DNA of 64,000 bases. Origin: Gammaproteobacteria bacterium (lineage in GTDB: Bacteria > Pseudomonadota > Gammaproteobacteria > Poriferisulfidales > Poriferisulfidaceae). Each line of letters starts with the position of its first letter. The stretch's first letter is position 1. The stretch lies in the NCBI GenBank assembly GCA_028819565.1, contig JAPPLD010000029.1, positions 34,998 through 98,997 of the forward strand, given 5' to 3'. The notes under the pieces were generated by a model. The model was not told the DNA's origin. It saw nothing but the letters and a program-made list of their open reading frames with translations, and made no database searches. A program made the position numbers and the translations under genes. Of the stretch, positions 43,153 to 52,499 are shown piece after piece.

Positions 43153-43392
43153 ATCTCCGGCTCACCGACTTCTGAAAAGCAAACGGCCGCCCTAGGCGGA
43201 ATACTGGCTTTAAAGGGGGAGGTGGCTCCGGCGCAAACAGAGGGCTTTGAACCGGAGCCGAACCGTACCCGACAGGGGATCCCGGATACGGTGATAACTA
43301 TTGAGAGCAGACCCGAACCGAAAGGTTCCGCTCTCTCAACTCGTAGTGTACCGCATACTCCACTTTCCCCAAAATACTTGCCCGTACTGCGG

Positions 43393-46110
43393 TCAATGTG
43401 CCTGTTCCCAGTTATCTCCGGAGCAGATATCGACCACCATTGGCACGTCCAATTCGCCAACTCCTTCCATTCTCTCCCTGAGACCGTCGGCGATCTCCTC
43501 GATTTTCTCGCTCGGGACCTCTGCAACCAATTCGTCGTGTACCTGGAGAATGAGGGCGCAGTCCGGGTGCTCTGCCTTTAACCATCCGTGCACGTCAATC
43601 ATGGCCTGTTTGATGATATCCGCTGCAGTCCCTTGCATGGGCGCATTGATCGCGGTGCGTTCCGCATACATGCGCTGGTTGTAGTTGCGTGAAGAAATGC
43701 CGTCGACATACAGCCGACGGCCGAGCACCGTCTCCACATAGCCCCGTTCGCGTGCCTGTTCGCGCGTCCGGTTCATGTAGTTGAGAACTTCTGGGTAACG
43801 CTCAAAATAGGTTTTTACATAATTTTCTGCTTGATTCCGGCCGATGCGCAACTGCCGGGCAAGGCCGAACCCGCTCATGCCGTACATCAATCCAAAATTG
43901 ATGGCCTTCGCCGTGCGCCGCTGATCCGGCGTGACCGCATCATTAGCGACCCCGAATATTTCCGCGGCCGTGGCCTGGTGTACGTCACCTTTTTCCTGGA
44001 AGGCCTGGCACAAGGTCGGGTCTTTCGAGATATGGGCCATGATGCGAAGTTCGATCTGTGAATAGTCGGCCGCAATCAGGGCACACCCCGGGCGTGCGAC
44101 GAAGGCCTGGCGAACCCGCCGGCCCTGTTCCGTTCGGATTGGAATATTCTGCAGGTTCGGGTCGGACGAAGATAGCCGCCCGGTCGCCGTGACCGCCTGG
44201 TGGAACGAGGTATGCAAGCGCCCGGTTTCGGGATTGATCATCTGCGGCAGTTTGCCGACATAAGTCGACAGCAGCTTGGTCTGCTGCCGGTAATTCAGAA
44301 TCATACCCGGCAAAACGTCTAGCGCCGCCAGTTCCTCCAACACATCTTCGGCCGTGGACGGCGCGCCTTTGGGAGTCTTCCGTAATGGCTCCAGGCCACG
44401 TTCTTCGAACAGCACTTTCTGCAATTCCTGGGTCGAGTTCAGATTCAGCTCGCGCCCGCATTCGCGAGTGATCTCTTCTTTCAGCGTCTCCAGATCTTTT
44501 TTCAATTCTTCCGACTGCTTCTGCAAGGTTTCCGTGTCGATCAACACGCCAACCCGTTCCATGTCTTCCAACACCCTGATCAAGGGCAACTCCAACTGCT
44601 CGTAGACCGTCTGGAGGGTCGGGACTTTCTGCAGACGGGGCCACAAAGTCCGGTGCAGGCGCAGCGTCATGTCCGCATCTTCGGCGGCATACTGGCTGGC
44701 CTGATCGATCGGCACTTCATCGAAACCAATCTGCTTCTTCCCCGTCCCCGTGACCTCGCTGTAGCGAATGGTTTCCTCGTTCAGATACATTCGGGACAAA
44801 TTGTCCAGGCTGTGTCGGCTGGCCGTCGAGTTGTACACGTATGATTCGAGCATGCTGTCGTGCATCGGGCCGCCGACGGCGGCACCATGACGTCGCAGGA
44901 TCGCCAGGTCGTATTTGAAATGATGCCCGATCTTGGCCAGCTTCGGGTCGGTCAGTAACGGCTGCAACCGTTCCAGCACTTGCTCTTGGTCCAGTTGCGG
45001 CGGGGAGCCCAGCGCCGTGTGGCGAAGCGGAATATAGGTGGCCTCTCCCGGTGCAGTCGCAAGAGAGATCCCAACCAACGCGGCACGCTGAGGATCCAAG
45101 CTGGTGGTTTCGGTATCCAGCGCAAAAGTGCCGGCTTCCCGTGCGGCAGCCACCCATCGATCCAGATCCTCCATGGTCAGGATCGTGGAATAGTTTCTCC
45201 CGCGGCCCTCCTGAGATGCCCCGCCAGAACTTTCGGCTGTGGCATCCTTGGAGGCGTGCAACTCTCGAAGGAACGAGCGTAAATCATGCTCCTTGTACAA
45301 GGTCTCAAGCCGCGCAAAATCGAGAGGGCGGCGCGCCAGGTTGCGAGGCGACTGATCCAGTTCGAGATCGACCCGAATCGTGACCAGCTTTCGGTACAGC
45401 GACAAATCGTCCAGACTGGCTCGTAAGTTCTCTCCGGCTTTCCCCTTGATCGAGCCCACGTTTTCAATGAGGTTTTCCAGCGAACCGTATTCTTGAAGCC
45501 ATTTAGCCGACGTTTTCGGACCCACTTTCGAAACCCCCGGGACGTTGTCCACCGCATCACCGGCCAGTGTCTGGTAGTCGATGAATTGATCGGGGCGCAC
45601 TTCGAATTTCTCCATCACCCGGGCCGCATCCATAGGTGGGCGATCGATATCGATCAGGGTCACGTGTTCCGTGACCAACTGCGCCATGTCCTTGTCGCTG
45701 GAGAGGATGAGTACGTCCAAGCCCTCGGCCTCGCCCTTATGTGCCAAAGTGCCAATGACGTCGTCGGCTTCAACGTCTGGCACGACCAGCAAGGGCAGAC
45801 CCAACGCTTCGATGATCTGCTGCAGGGGCTCGATTTGCGCCCTCAGTTCCGGTTCCATCGGTTTGCGGTTGGCCTTGTACTCCGGGTACAAATCGTGGCG
45901 GAAGTTTTTCCCCGGAGCATCCATGACCACCGCCACATAAGCCGGAGTAGTCAAGCGTAACTGTCTTTGCAGGGTGTTGACCACACCGAAGATGGCACCG
46001 GTTGGGCGTCCCCGGTGATCCGTCAGGCTAGCGTGTACGTGGTAGGAGCGGTGCAGGTAGGCAGAACCGTCGACCAGCAACAAGTTGGGCCGCGGTTGAG
46101 GGTCAGCCAT
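43393..46110 (-). CDS. polA: DNA polymerase I
   Basis: Uses the internal ATG at 46110 of ORF 43393..46383. It starts MADPQPRPNLLLVDGSAYLHRSYH (5-prime nuclease). Pol motif A is AADYSQIELRIMAH, motif B is RRTAKAINFGLMYG and motif C is LQVHDELV. Confidence 0.96.
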   Translation of the reverse strand: MADPQPRPNLLLVDGSAYLHRSYHVHASLTDHRGRPTGAIFGVVNTLQRQLRLTTPAYVAVVMDAPGKNFRHDLYPEYKANRKPMEPELRAQIEPLQQIIEALGLPLLVVPDVEADDVIGTLAHKGEAEGLDVLILSSDKDMAQLVTEHVTLIDIDRPPMDAARVMEKFEVRPDQFIDYQTLAGDAVDNVPGVSKVGPKTSAKWLQEYGSLENLIENVGSIKGKAGENLRASLDDLSLYRKLVTIRVDLELDQSPRNLARRPLDFARLETLYKEHDLRSFLRELHASKDATAESSGGASQEGRGRNYSTILTMEDLDRWVAAAREAGTFALDTETTSLDPQRAALVGISLATAPGEATYIPLRHTALGSPPQLDQEQVLERLQPLLTDPKLAKIGHHFKYDLAILRRHGAAVGGPMHDSMLESYVYNSTASRHSLDNLSRMYLNEETIRYSEVTGTGKKQIGFDEVPIDQASQYAAEDADMTLRLHRTLWPRLQKVPTLQTVYEQLELPLIRVLEDMERVGVLIDTETLQKQSEELKKDLETLKEEITRECGRELNLNSTQELQKVLFEERGLEPLRKTPKGAPSTAEDVLEELAALDVLPGMILNYRQQTKLLSTYVGKLPQMINPETGRLHTSFHQAVTATGRLSSSDPNLQNIPIRTEQGRRVRQAFVARPGCALIAADYSQIELRIMAHISKDPTLCQAFQEKGDVHQATAAEIFGVANDAVTPDQRRTAKAINFGLMYGMSGFGLARQLRIGRNQAENYVKTYFERYPEVLNYMNRTREQARERGYVETVLGRRLYVDGISSRNYNQRMYAERTAINAPMQGTAADIIKQAMIDVHGWLKAEHPDCALILQVHDELVAEVPSEKIEEIADGLRERMEGVGELDVPMVVDICSGDNWEQAH

Positions 46111-46200
46111 GTCGGGAAAGAGGTGTAGCGACGCGAAGGAATTCCCCATATCATATAACGGCCTTCGCGCCCCAAGAATCACTGCGTTCTGATACCTGCC

Positions 46201-46617
46201 ATGGCCTCCCCGCCCACCCTGCGCGACATCGAGGCAATGGCCGACCAAGCGTTCGATGAAATCCCGGATGAACTGGCACGCCACGCGACCGCGGTTGCAA
46301 TTCATGTGTGCGATTTCCCCGACGAGGAGACATGCCGGGCAATGGAACTGGAGAGTCCGTTCGACCTCCTCGGGCTTTACCACGGCGTCAGCCTAGATCA
46401 AAAATCAGTGGACGACCTGCCACAGGACCTAGATCATGTCTACCTGTACCGGCGTCCGATACTGGAATACTGGGAAGAGCAGGGTGGCGACCTGGCGGAT
46501 CTGGTCCGCCAGATACTGCTGCACGAAATTGGCCATCACTTTGGCTTCTCAGATGCGGAAATGGATCACATCTGCGCGCAGGCACGCCGAGAAGAAAAAG
46601 GAACAACAGCGGACTGA
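46201..46617 (+). CDS. small zincin-like metallopeptidase-family protein (HExxH)
   Basis: 138 aa. LLHEIGHHFGFSDAEM carries an HExxH motif. The architecture resembles the small Zincin_1/DUF1025-type proteins. Confidence 0.6.
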   Translation: MASPPTLRDIEAMADQAFDEIPDELARHATAVAIHVCDFPDEETCRAMELESPFDLLGLYHGVSLDQKSVDDLPQDLDHVYLYRRPILEYWEEQGGDLADLVRQILLHEIGHHFGFSDAEMDHICAQARREEKGTTAD

Positions 46618-46699
46618 ACCGATGAACTTCTGGCGTGAGACCGCGCGGCTTTCCTCACGCGCCGATGCGGTACGATAAAGCGCTCATTCTCAACTTTCC

Positions 46700-47215
46700 A
46701 TGTTTGATTTTCTCGCTGCCATCGACCGGGCGCTGAGCACGTTATGCGCCTGGACGGGCAGGGCCGTGGCCTGGTTGACGCTGGCCATGGTGCTCCTGAC
46801 CGCCACCGTGGTGATCTTGCGCTACGGGTTTGGATTCGGACGGATTTACCTGCAGGAAATCATCACGTACCTGCACGCGACCGTGTTCATGCTGGCCGCG
46901 GCATGGACCCTGCGTCTTGATGGACATGTGCGCGTAGACGTGCTGTACCGCTCCCTGAAGCCGCGCACTCAGGCCTGGGTGGACCTGCTCGGTTCAGTGT
47001 TCTTGCTGCTGCCAACCGCGGGCCTGTTGCTTTGGCTGTCCTACGACTATGCGGAAAAGGCTTGGGAACTGCAGGAAGCGTCGCGCGAAACAGACGGCCT
47101 GCCGTTTCTGTACATCCTGAAAGCCGTCATTCCGGTCGCGTCGGGGCTGCTGGTCCTGCAAGGAATGGCAGACATCCTGCAACGAGCCAGGCAATTGGCA
47201 GGAGCTCAGGAATGA
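46700..47215 (+). CDS. TRAP transporter small permease (DctQ-type)
   Basis: 171 aa with 4 TM segments. It lies directly upstream of the large permease and overlaps it through an ATGA junction. Confidence 0.85.
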   Translation: MFDFLAAIDRALSTLCAWTGRAVAWLTLAMVLLTATVVILRYGFGFGRIYLQEIITYLHATVFMLAAAWTLRLDGHVRVDVLYRSLKPRTQAWVDLLGSVFLLLPTAGLLLWLSYDYAEKAWELQEASRETDGLPFLYILKAVIPVASGLLVLQGMADILQRARQLAGAQE

Positions 47216-48585
47216 TCTGGGCACTGACGCTGTTCGGGCTGGTCGTGCTGGTGCTGATGGCTGGCTATCCGGTCGGGTTCACGCTGGCCGGAGTCTCTCT
47301 GCTGGTCGCGGCGGTGGCCACGGCGGCGGGAGCCTTTGATCCGACCCTGTTGCTGACGCTGCCATCGAGAGTGTTCGGCATCATGACCAACGACATACTC
47401 ATCGCGGCTCCGCTGTTCATCTTCATGGGAGTGACCCTGCAGCGTTCGAGGGTCGCCGAGGACCTGCTGGATACGATGAGTCGATTGTGCGGGGCATTGC
47501 CCGGCGGGCTGGGCCTGTCGGTCATGGTGGTTGGAGTCCTGCTGGCGGCGAGCACCGGCATCGTCGGAGCGACGGTGGTCACGCTGGGTCTGCTGGCCCT
47601 GCCCAGCATGCTGCGACGCGGCTACGACCCGCCGGTCGCCTGCGGCGCTATCTGCGCGTCCGGCACCCTGGGGCAGATCATTCCCCCTTCGATCGTCCTA
47701 GTCCTGCTGGGCGACGTGATGTCTTCCGCCTTCCAGAAAGCCCAATTGGATATGGGCATCTTTTCGCCGCAGACGGTTTCGGTCGCGGACCTCTTCGCGG
47801 GGGCCATGCTCCCGGGACTGGCGTTGGTCGGACTGTACGTAACTTACCTGCTGTTCACTGCCTGGCATAGCCCCGAGCGCCTGCCCTCAGGATCCCAGGA
47901 TTCCAAAACTCATGAGCTCTCGGTCAGCGAAGTCCTGGGCGTACTGGTGGCCCCGTTGGCCCTGATCGTCACAGTGCTCGGAGCCATTCTGGCCGGATTC
48001 GCCACGCCGACGGAAGCGGCTTCTCTGGGGGCGGTCGGCAGCCTCCTGCTCGCACGCCGCGAAGGGCCCGTAACCCTGGACATGCTGCGCGGCATCACAC
48101 GGGACACGGCGCGAGTTACCAGCATGGTGTTCATAGTGCTGATCGGCGCCTCGATTTTCTCGCTGGTGTTTCGCGGTCTCGGCGGCGATGACCTGGTGCA
48201 CGAGTGGCTCTCCAATCTGCCCGGCGGCGTAATCGGTGCCGTGGCGGCAGTCATGTTGCTGATGTTTCTGCTTGGCTTCGTTCTGGATTTCATCGAGATT
48301 ACTTATGTGGTGGTGCCCCTGGTCGGGCCCGTGCTCTTGATGATGGGGCTGGACCCGATCTGGCTTGGTGTGATGATCGCGATCAACCTGCAGACCTCTT
48401 TCCTGACTCCGCCGTTCGGTTTCGCCTTGTTTTACTTGCGCGGCGTTGCGCCCGATACCGTGGCCACAGTACAGATCTACCGCGGCGTGATGCCGTTCAT
48501 TGCCCTGCAGGTGTTGATGCTGGCCATCCTCGCGCTATGGCCGGAACTGGCAACTTGGTTGCCACAACAGATTTTTGGATATTGA
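47212..48585 (+). CDS. TRAP transporter large permease (DctM-type)
   Basis: Uses the internal ATG at 47212 of ORF 47032..48585. It starts MIWALTLFGLVVLVLMAGYPVGFTLAG. It has 457 aa and about 12 TM segments. Confidence 0.9.
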   Translation: MIWALTLFGLVVLVLMAGYPVGFTLAGVSLLVAAVATAAGAFDPTLLLTLPSRVFGIMTNDILIAAPLFIFMGVTLQRSRVAEDLLDTMSRLCGALPGGLGLSVMVVGVLLAASTGIVGATVVTLGLLALPSMLRRGYDPPVACGAICASGTLGQIIPPSIVLVLLGDVMSSAFQKAQLDMGIFSPQTVSVADLFAGAMLPGLALVGLYVTYLLFTAWHSPERLPSGSQDSKTHELSVSEVLGVLVAPLALIVTVLGAILAGFATPTEAASLGAVGSLLLARREGPVTLDMLRGITRDTARVTSMVFIVLIGASIFSLVFRGLGGDDLVHEWLSNLPGGVIGAVAAVMLLMFLLGFVLDFIEITYVVVPLVGPVLLMMGLDPIWLGVMIAINLQTSFLTPPFGFALFYLRGVAPDTVATVQIYRGVMPFIALQVLMLAILALWPELATWLPQQIFGY

Positions 48586-48602
48586 GGGAACGCGTCCCGG
48601 AA

Positions 48603-49196
48603 TTAGTACGGTGTTTCCAGAATCATCTGCATGGTCTGCAGGCCGGTAACCACCAGTACGGCATATATCGCGCCCGTGCCCATGATGATTATGCGCTTCT
48701 GCCGAAGCATGTCCTCATTCATCATCGGGCCGATCAGCATCCAGGTCGCGGCGGCCAGGTTGGCGCCGAAGAAGCCGTAATAAGTCGCGAGTTCACCGAA
48801 AGCCGCCTGTTCACTGGCGACTATGTAGGAGCCCCAGACAGCCACAGCCGCTCCAATATAAGTCCCGAGCCGGATGATAGTGGCAGAAATCATCCCGGTC
48901 GGCTGCAGCAACACCAGCAGGCCGAGAATCGAGATTGTCCACCACCAGATCAGGTTGGTCGCGTGAGGTGCGTACTCGGGGTTCTTGAACATCGAAATGG
49001 CAATCATGACGTACGTCAGTCCGCTGATTGACATGGCCAAACGGAGAATCCATATATCTGTCTCGCGCATGCGGACGAAGGAACTAGCTATCCAGAGCGC
49101 GGCCACAAAATTGAGCAGGCACGACGCATAGTAAATAACAGAATGTACAAGGGATGGGGTCGCCAGAAATTCGTTCATTGCCGGGATTCCGTTCAA
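48603..49196 (-). CDS. hypothetical 6-TM membrane protein downstream of the TRAP binding-protein gene
   Basis: 197 aa with six hydrophobic segments. It starts 25 nt after the dctP-type gene stop on the same strand. GC is lower, and I do not recognise a family. Confidence 0.4.
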   Translation of the reverse strand: MNGIPAMNEFLATPSLVHSVIYYASCLLNFVAALWIASSFVRMRETDIWILRLAMSISGLTYVMIAISMFKNPEYAPHATNLIWWWTISILGLLVLLQPTGMISATIIRLGTYIGAAVAVWGSYIVASEQAAFGELATYYGFFGANLAAATWMLIGPMMNEDMLRQKRIIIMGTGAIYAVLVVTGLQTMQMILETPY

Positions 49197-49221
49197 GCCT
49201 CGAAAGCGGCCTTATTCTACA

Positions 49222-50289
49222 CTACCGTGAGTCCAGATACGCCTGCTCGGAAATGGCAGTCCAGTCCCGTACCCGCGCATAAAACGCGTGGTAACTGTCG
49301 TAAACCCGCCGGGTAAATTCGTCGGTTTCAGCTACTTCCGCAATGACCGCCTCAGCGTGTTCCCGCAGTGCGCTCAGCGCTTCCGAGGGGAATTGGCGGA
49401 GCTCGACTTCGTATTTCTCAACCAGCGCCTTCAGCGCATCATTGTTATGCGCAGTGAAATCGGCCATCATGTCTTGGTTAGTGGCCCGGGCGGCATTTCG
49501 CACAATGACCTGAAGGTCTTTCGGCAATGCCTCGAACGCCGGGCGGTGAACCAACCCTTCCAGCGTGGTCCCAGGTTCGTGCCAACCGGGATAGTAGTAG
49601 TACTTTGCCGCACGGTGCAATCCGAATGCCAAGTCGTTCCATGGACCAACCCATTCGGTCGCATCAATCGCCCCGGTCTGCAGCGATACTAGAAGCTCTT
49701 TGCCGCTGAGATTCACCGGCGTGCCGCCGACTCGGCGCAATACTTCGCCACCTAAGCCCGGGATACGCATGCGCAAGCCCTGCAGGTCTTCAAGCCCTCG
49801 GATCTCACGCTTGAACCATCCGCCCATCTGGACCATGGTGTTTCCTGCCGCCAGCGGAACCACGTCGAATGGGGCATATGCTTCCTCCCATAGTTCCATG
49901 CCCCCTCCCTTGTACAACCAGCCGTTCATCTCATTGGCCGTCATGCCAAACGGCATAGTGGAGAAGAACTGAAACGCCGGATTCTTGCCTTTCCAGTAGT
50001 AGGCCGCGCCGTGGCCCATCTGTGCCGCACCCTGGCTGACCGCATCGAACACCTCGAACGCCGGCACCAGTTCGCCAGCTCCGTACACCTGCACCTGCAG
50101 GCGTCCGCCGGACATCTCGCCAATCGCCTGCGCCAAAAATTCCGCGCCGGTGCCAAGGCCGGGAAAATTCTTCGGCCAAGTGGTCACCATCTTCCAATGC
50201 AGGGGCTCGTCGGCGTTCGCCCGGCCCGCCAAGCCAAGCCCGGCAGCTGCAGTGGCCGCGCCCGCGCCTAGGAACTCCCGTCGTTTCAT
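49222..50289 (-). CDS. TRAP transporter substrate-binding protein (DctP-type) with twin-arginine signal
   Basis: 355 aa. It starts MKRREFLGAGAATAAAGLGLAGRANA (RRxFL Tat motif). A strong SD AAGGAGG lies upstream. The body is DctP-like. Confidence 0.85.
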   Translation of the reverse strand: MKRREFLGAGAATAAAGLGLAGRANADEPLHWKMVTTWPKNFPGLGTGAEFLAQAIGEMSGGRLQVQVYGAGELVPAFEVFDAVSQGAAQMGHGAAYYWKGKNPAFQFFSTMPFGMTANEMNGWLYKGGGMELWEEAYAPFDVVPLAAGNTMVQMGGWFKREIRGLEDLQGLRMRIPGLGGEVLRRVGGTPVNLSGKELLVSLQTGAIDATEWVGPWNDLAFGLHRAAKYYYYPGWHEPGTTLEGLVHRPAFEALPKDLQVIVRNAARATNQDMMADFTAHNNDALKALVEKYEVELRQFPSEALSALREHAEAVIAEVAETDEFTRRVYDSYHAFYARVRDWTAISEQAYLDSR

Positions 50290-50318
50290 CTAGCCCTCCT
50301 TGGGTGCGAAATCGCTGT

Positions 50319-52499
50319 CTATCGGCACTCGAGTTTTGCGTAGTCGTACATGAGCCATTTGACGCCAGCGCCTTCAAAGCGCACCTGAACCCGTAAATGC
50401 GGTGGCCGACCTTCGTATTCTACGATGATGCCGGGACCGAACTTCGGGTGTGCCACCGGCGTACCTGGGACGGGCACGTCCAGATTGGCCGGAGGGGATG
50501 GGCGGGTAGCCCCGTACCGTGCTAGAAACGCGGAGGCAGGCGGAACGAAGTCTCGCGGCACCTCGGTCACCGTGTGTTCGTCGGGCAATTCCTGAAGAAA
50601 ACGCGACGGAATCAGGCCCGAGGAAGTCCGCCCAAAGATCAGCCGTTCGTAGGCATGCGTCAAGACCAACTGCTGCCGGGCGCGTGTCATGCCCACATAA
50701 CAAAGCCGCCGTTCCTCCTCCAGCGGGGAGTCCTCCCGCGTCATCGGCAAGATGCCGTCTTCCAGCCCGACGATGAACACCAGCGGAAACTCCAGCCCCT
50801 TGGCCATGTGCAGGGTCATCAGCTGAACCGAATTCCCAGGCACGCCCTCGCCCCGCTCACCCGCTTCCAGCGCCGTGCTGTCCAAGAACGCTTCCATCAA
50901 ACCAGGGCTGTCATCCTCGTCAGGCTCCTCCCAGATATCCTCGAATGCCGCGGCCGAATTCACCAGTTCCCCCAGATTCTCGCTGCGCACCTCTTCCAAC
51001 TCCCGGTCAGTCTCTTGGTACATCTCCAATAATCCGGACTGGTCCAGAATGCGCCGGATGGTTTCCGCCAATCCGCACCCATCGGTCTCCTCGCGCAAAG
51101 CCTCCAGGCATTGCTCAAATTCCGCCAGTGCCCGACCCGCACGCGAAGTGGACCGGCTCTTGACCTGTTCCTGCGCCGCCGCAAACAGCGAATCGCCAGC
51201 GGCAGAAGCCGTCGTGCGCACGGCTTCAACCGTCCCTGCGCCAATACCCCGGGGAGGAACATTGCATACCCGCTGCCAAGCAACATCGTCATTCGGGTTC
51301 AGGCACAGCCGCAGATAGGCCAGAGTGTCTTTCACTTCGCGCCGCTCGAAGAAACGGATGCCCCCGTACACCCGATAGGGGATTTGCCGGTTGTTCAGGT
51401 TTGTCTCGAAAGGCTGTGACTGCCGGTTCGTACGGTAGAGCACGGCACACTCGTCCCACCGTCCTCCGTCTTCCACCCACTGTTCGATCTTTCCGATGAC
51501 GTAGTTGGCTTCCGCTCCTCCGGTCGGCGCACTGAACACGGTGATCGGGTCTTGTTCGGCCCGGTCGGTCCACAATCGTTTCTTCAACCTGTCGTAGTTG
51601 TTCCCGATCAGCGCATTGGCCGCCTCAAGCACCGGGCTGGTGGAGCGGTAGTTCTGCTCCAACGGCCAGACCTGAACATTCTTGTGGTTTTTCTGGAAGT
51701 CGAGGATATGCCTTGGGCGCGCTCCCCGCCAACCATAGATCGATTGGTCGTCGTCTCCAACCACGAACAACGGGCGTTCGCCGCCCGCCAATAGTTCCAG
51801 CCAAGCATTCTGCAGATCGTCCACATCCTGGAATTCATCCACCAATAGATGCCGGAACCGCAATTGGTAGTGTTTCTGGACGGCTGAATGATCACGCAAC
51901 AGTTCGACGCAGCGCAGCAATAGTTCATCGAAATCTACCAAGCCGCTCTGTTCGCAGCGCCGCTCGTACCGCTCCATGACCGGGAGACGGGCTTGTTCCC
52001 GATCGCTTTCAGGCTCGATATGGCGGGCGCGCAAGCCTTCTCCCTTCTTCAGGCTGATCCACCGAATGGCATCGGCGACATCGCGCGCCTTGCGTGGCTG
52101 GTCAAGATCCCGAAGGATCTGACGAATCAGGGTTTTCTGATCCTCTCGATCCAAAATCTGGAAATTCCCGGGCAACCCGGCCTCGTCGTGAAAGCGCAAC
52201 AACATCCTGCGGGCCAGCGCATGGAACGTCCCGACCCACAAACCGCCCGCAGGCTGCCCTCGCAACCGTTCGATGCGCTCCCGCATCTCGGTCGCCGCCT
52301 TGTTGGTAAACGTAACCGTCAGGATTTCTTTCGGCTGGATATCCTGCGTCTTCACCAACCAGGCGAAACGGTGAGTCAACACCCGGGTCTTGCCCGAGCC
52401 AGCGCCCGCCAGCACCAGAGTGCAGTAATCCGGATCCGATGTGACCGCGTTGTGCTGCGCCTTGTTTAAGTCATCCAGGATCGGATCCGCCGGGGTCAT
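50319..52499 (-). CDS. uvrD: SF1A ATP-dependent DNA helicase, UvrD-like
   Basis: Uses the internal ATG at 52499 of ORF 50319..52775. It starts MTPADPILDDLNKAQHNAV, with Walker A AGAGSGKTRVL and motif II LLVDEFQDV. The C-terminus contains VAHPKFGPGIIVEYEG. Confidence 0.88.
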   Translation of the reverse strand: MTPADPILDDLNKAQHNAVTSDPDYCTLVLAGAGSGKTRVLTHRFAWLVKTQDIQPKEILTVTFTNKAATEMRERIERLRGQPAGGLWVGTFHALARRMLLRFHDEAGLPGNFQILDREDQKTLIRQILRDLDQPRKARDVADAIRWISLKKGEGLRARHIEPESDREQARLPVMERYERRCEQSGLVDFDELLLRCVELLRDHSAVQKHYQLRFRHLLVDEFQDVDDLQNAWLELLAGGERPLFVVGDDDQSIYGWRGARPRHILDFQKNHKNVQVWPLEQNYRSTSPVLEAANALIGNNYDRLKKRLWTDRAEQDPITVFSAPTGGAEANYVIGKIEQWVEDGGRWDECAVLYRTNRQSQPFETNLNNRQIPYRVYGGIRFFERREVKDTLAYLRLCLNPNDDVAWQRVCNVPPRGIGAGTVEAVRTTASAAGDSLFAAAQEQVKSRSTSRAGRALAEFEQCLEALREETDGCGLAETIRRILDQSGLLEMYQETDRELEEVRSENLGELVNSAAAFEDIWEEPDEDDSPGLMEAFLDSTALEAGERGEGVPGNSVQLMTLHMAKGLEFPLVFIVGLEDGILPMTREDSPLEEERRLCYVGMTRARQQLVLTHAYERLIFGRTSSGLIPSRFLQELPDEHTVTEVPRDFVPPASAFLARYGATRPSPPANLDVPVPGTPVAHPKFGPGIIVEYEGRPPHLRVQVRFEGAGVKWLMYDYAKLECR

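Noticed and set aside
43137-43684. Three overlapping ORFs (129, 119 and 127 aa) in and around the dsbA-polA spacer
   Set aside because: They overlap each other and the 3-prime end of polA, and have no motifs or SD. The region is better described as structured non-coding DNA.
48603-49196. Microbial rhodopsin-like protein
   Set aside because: It has only six predicted helices in 197 aa and no helix-7 lysine context, so it is too short for a 7-TM retinal protein.
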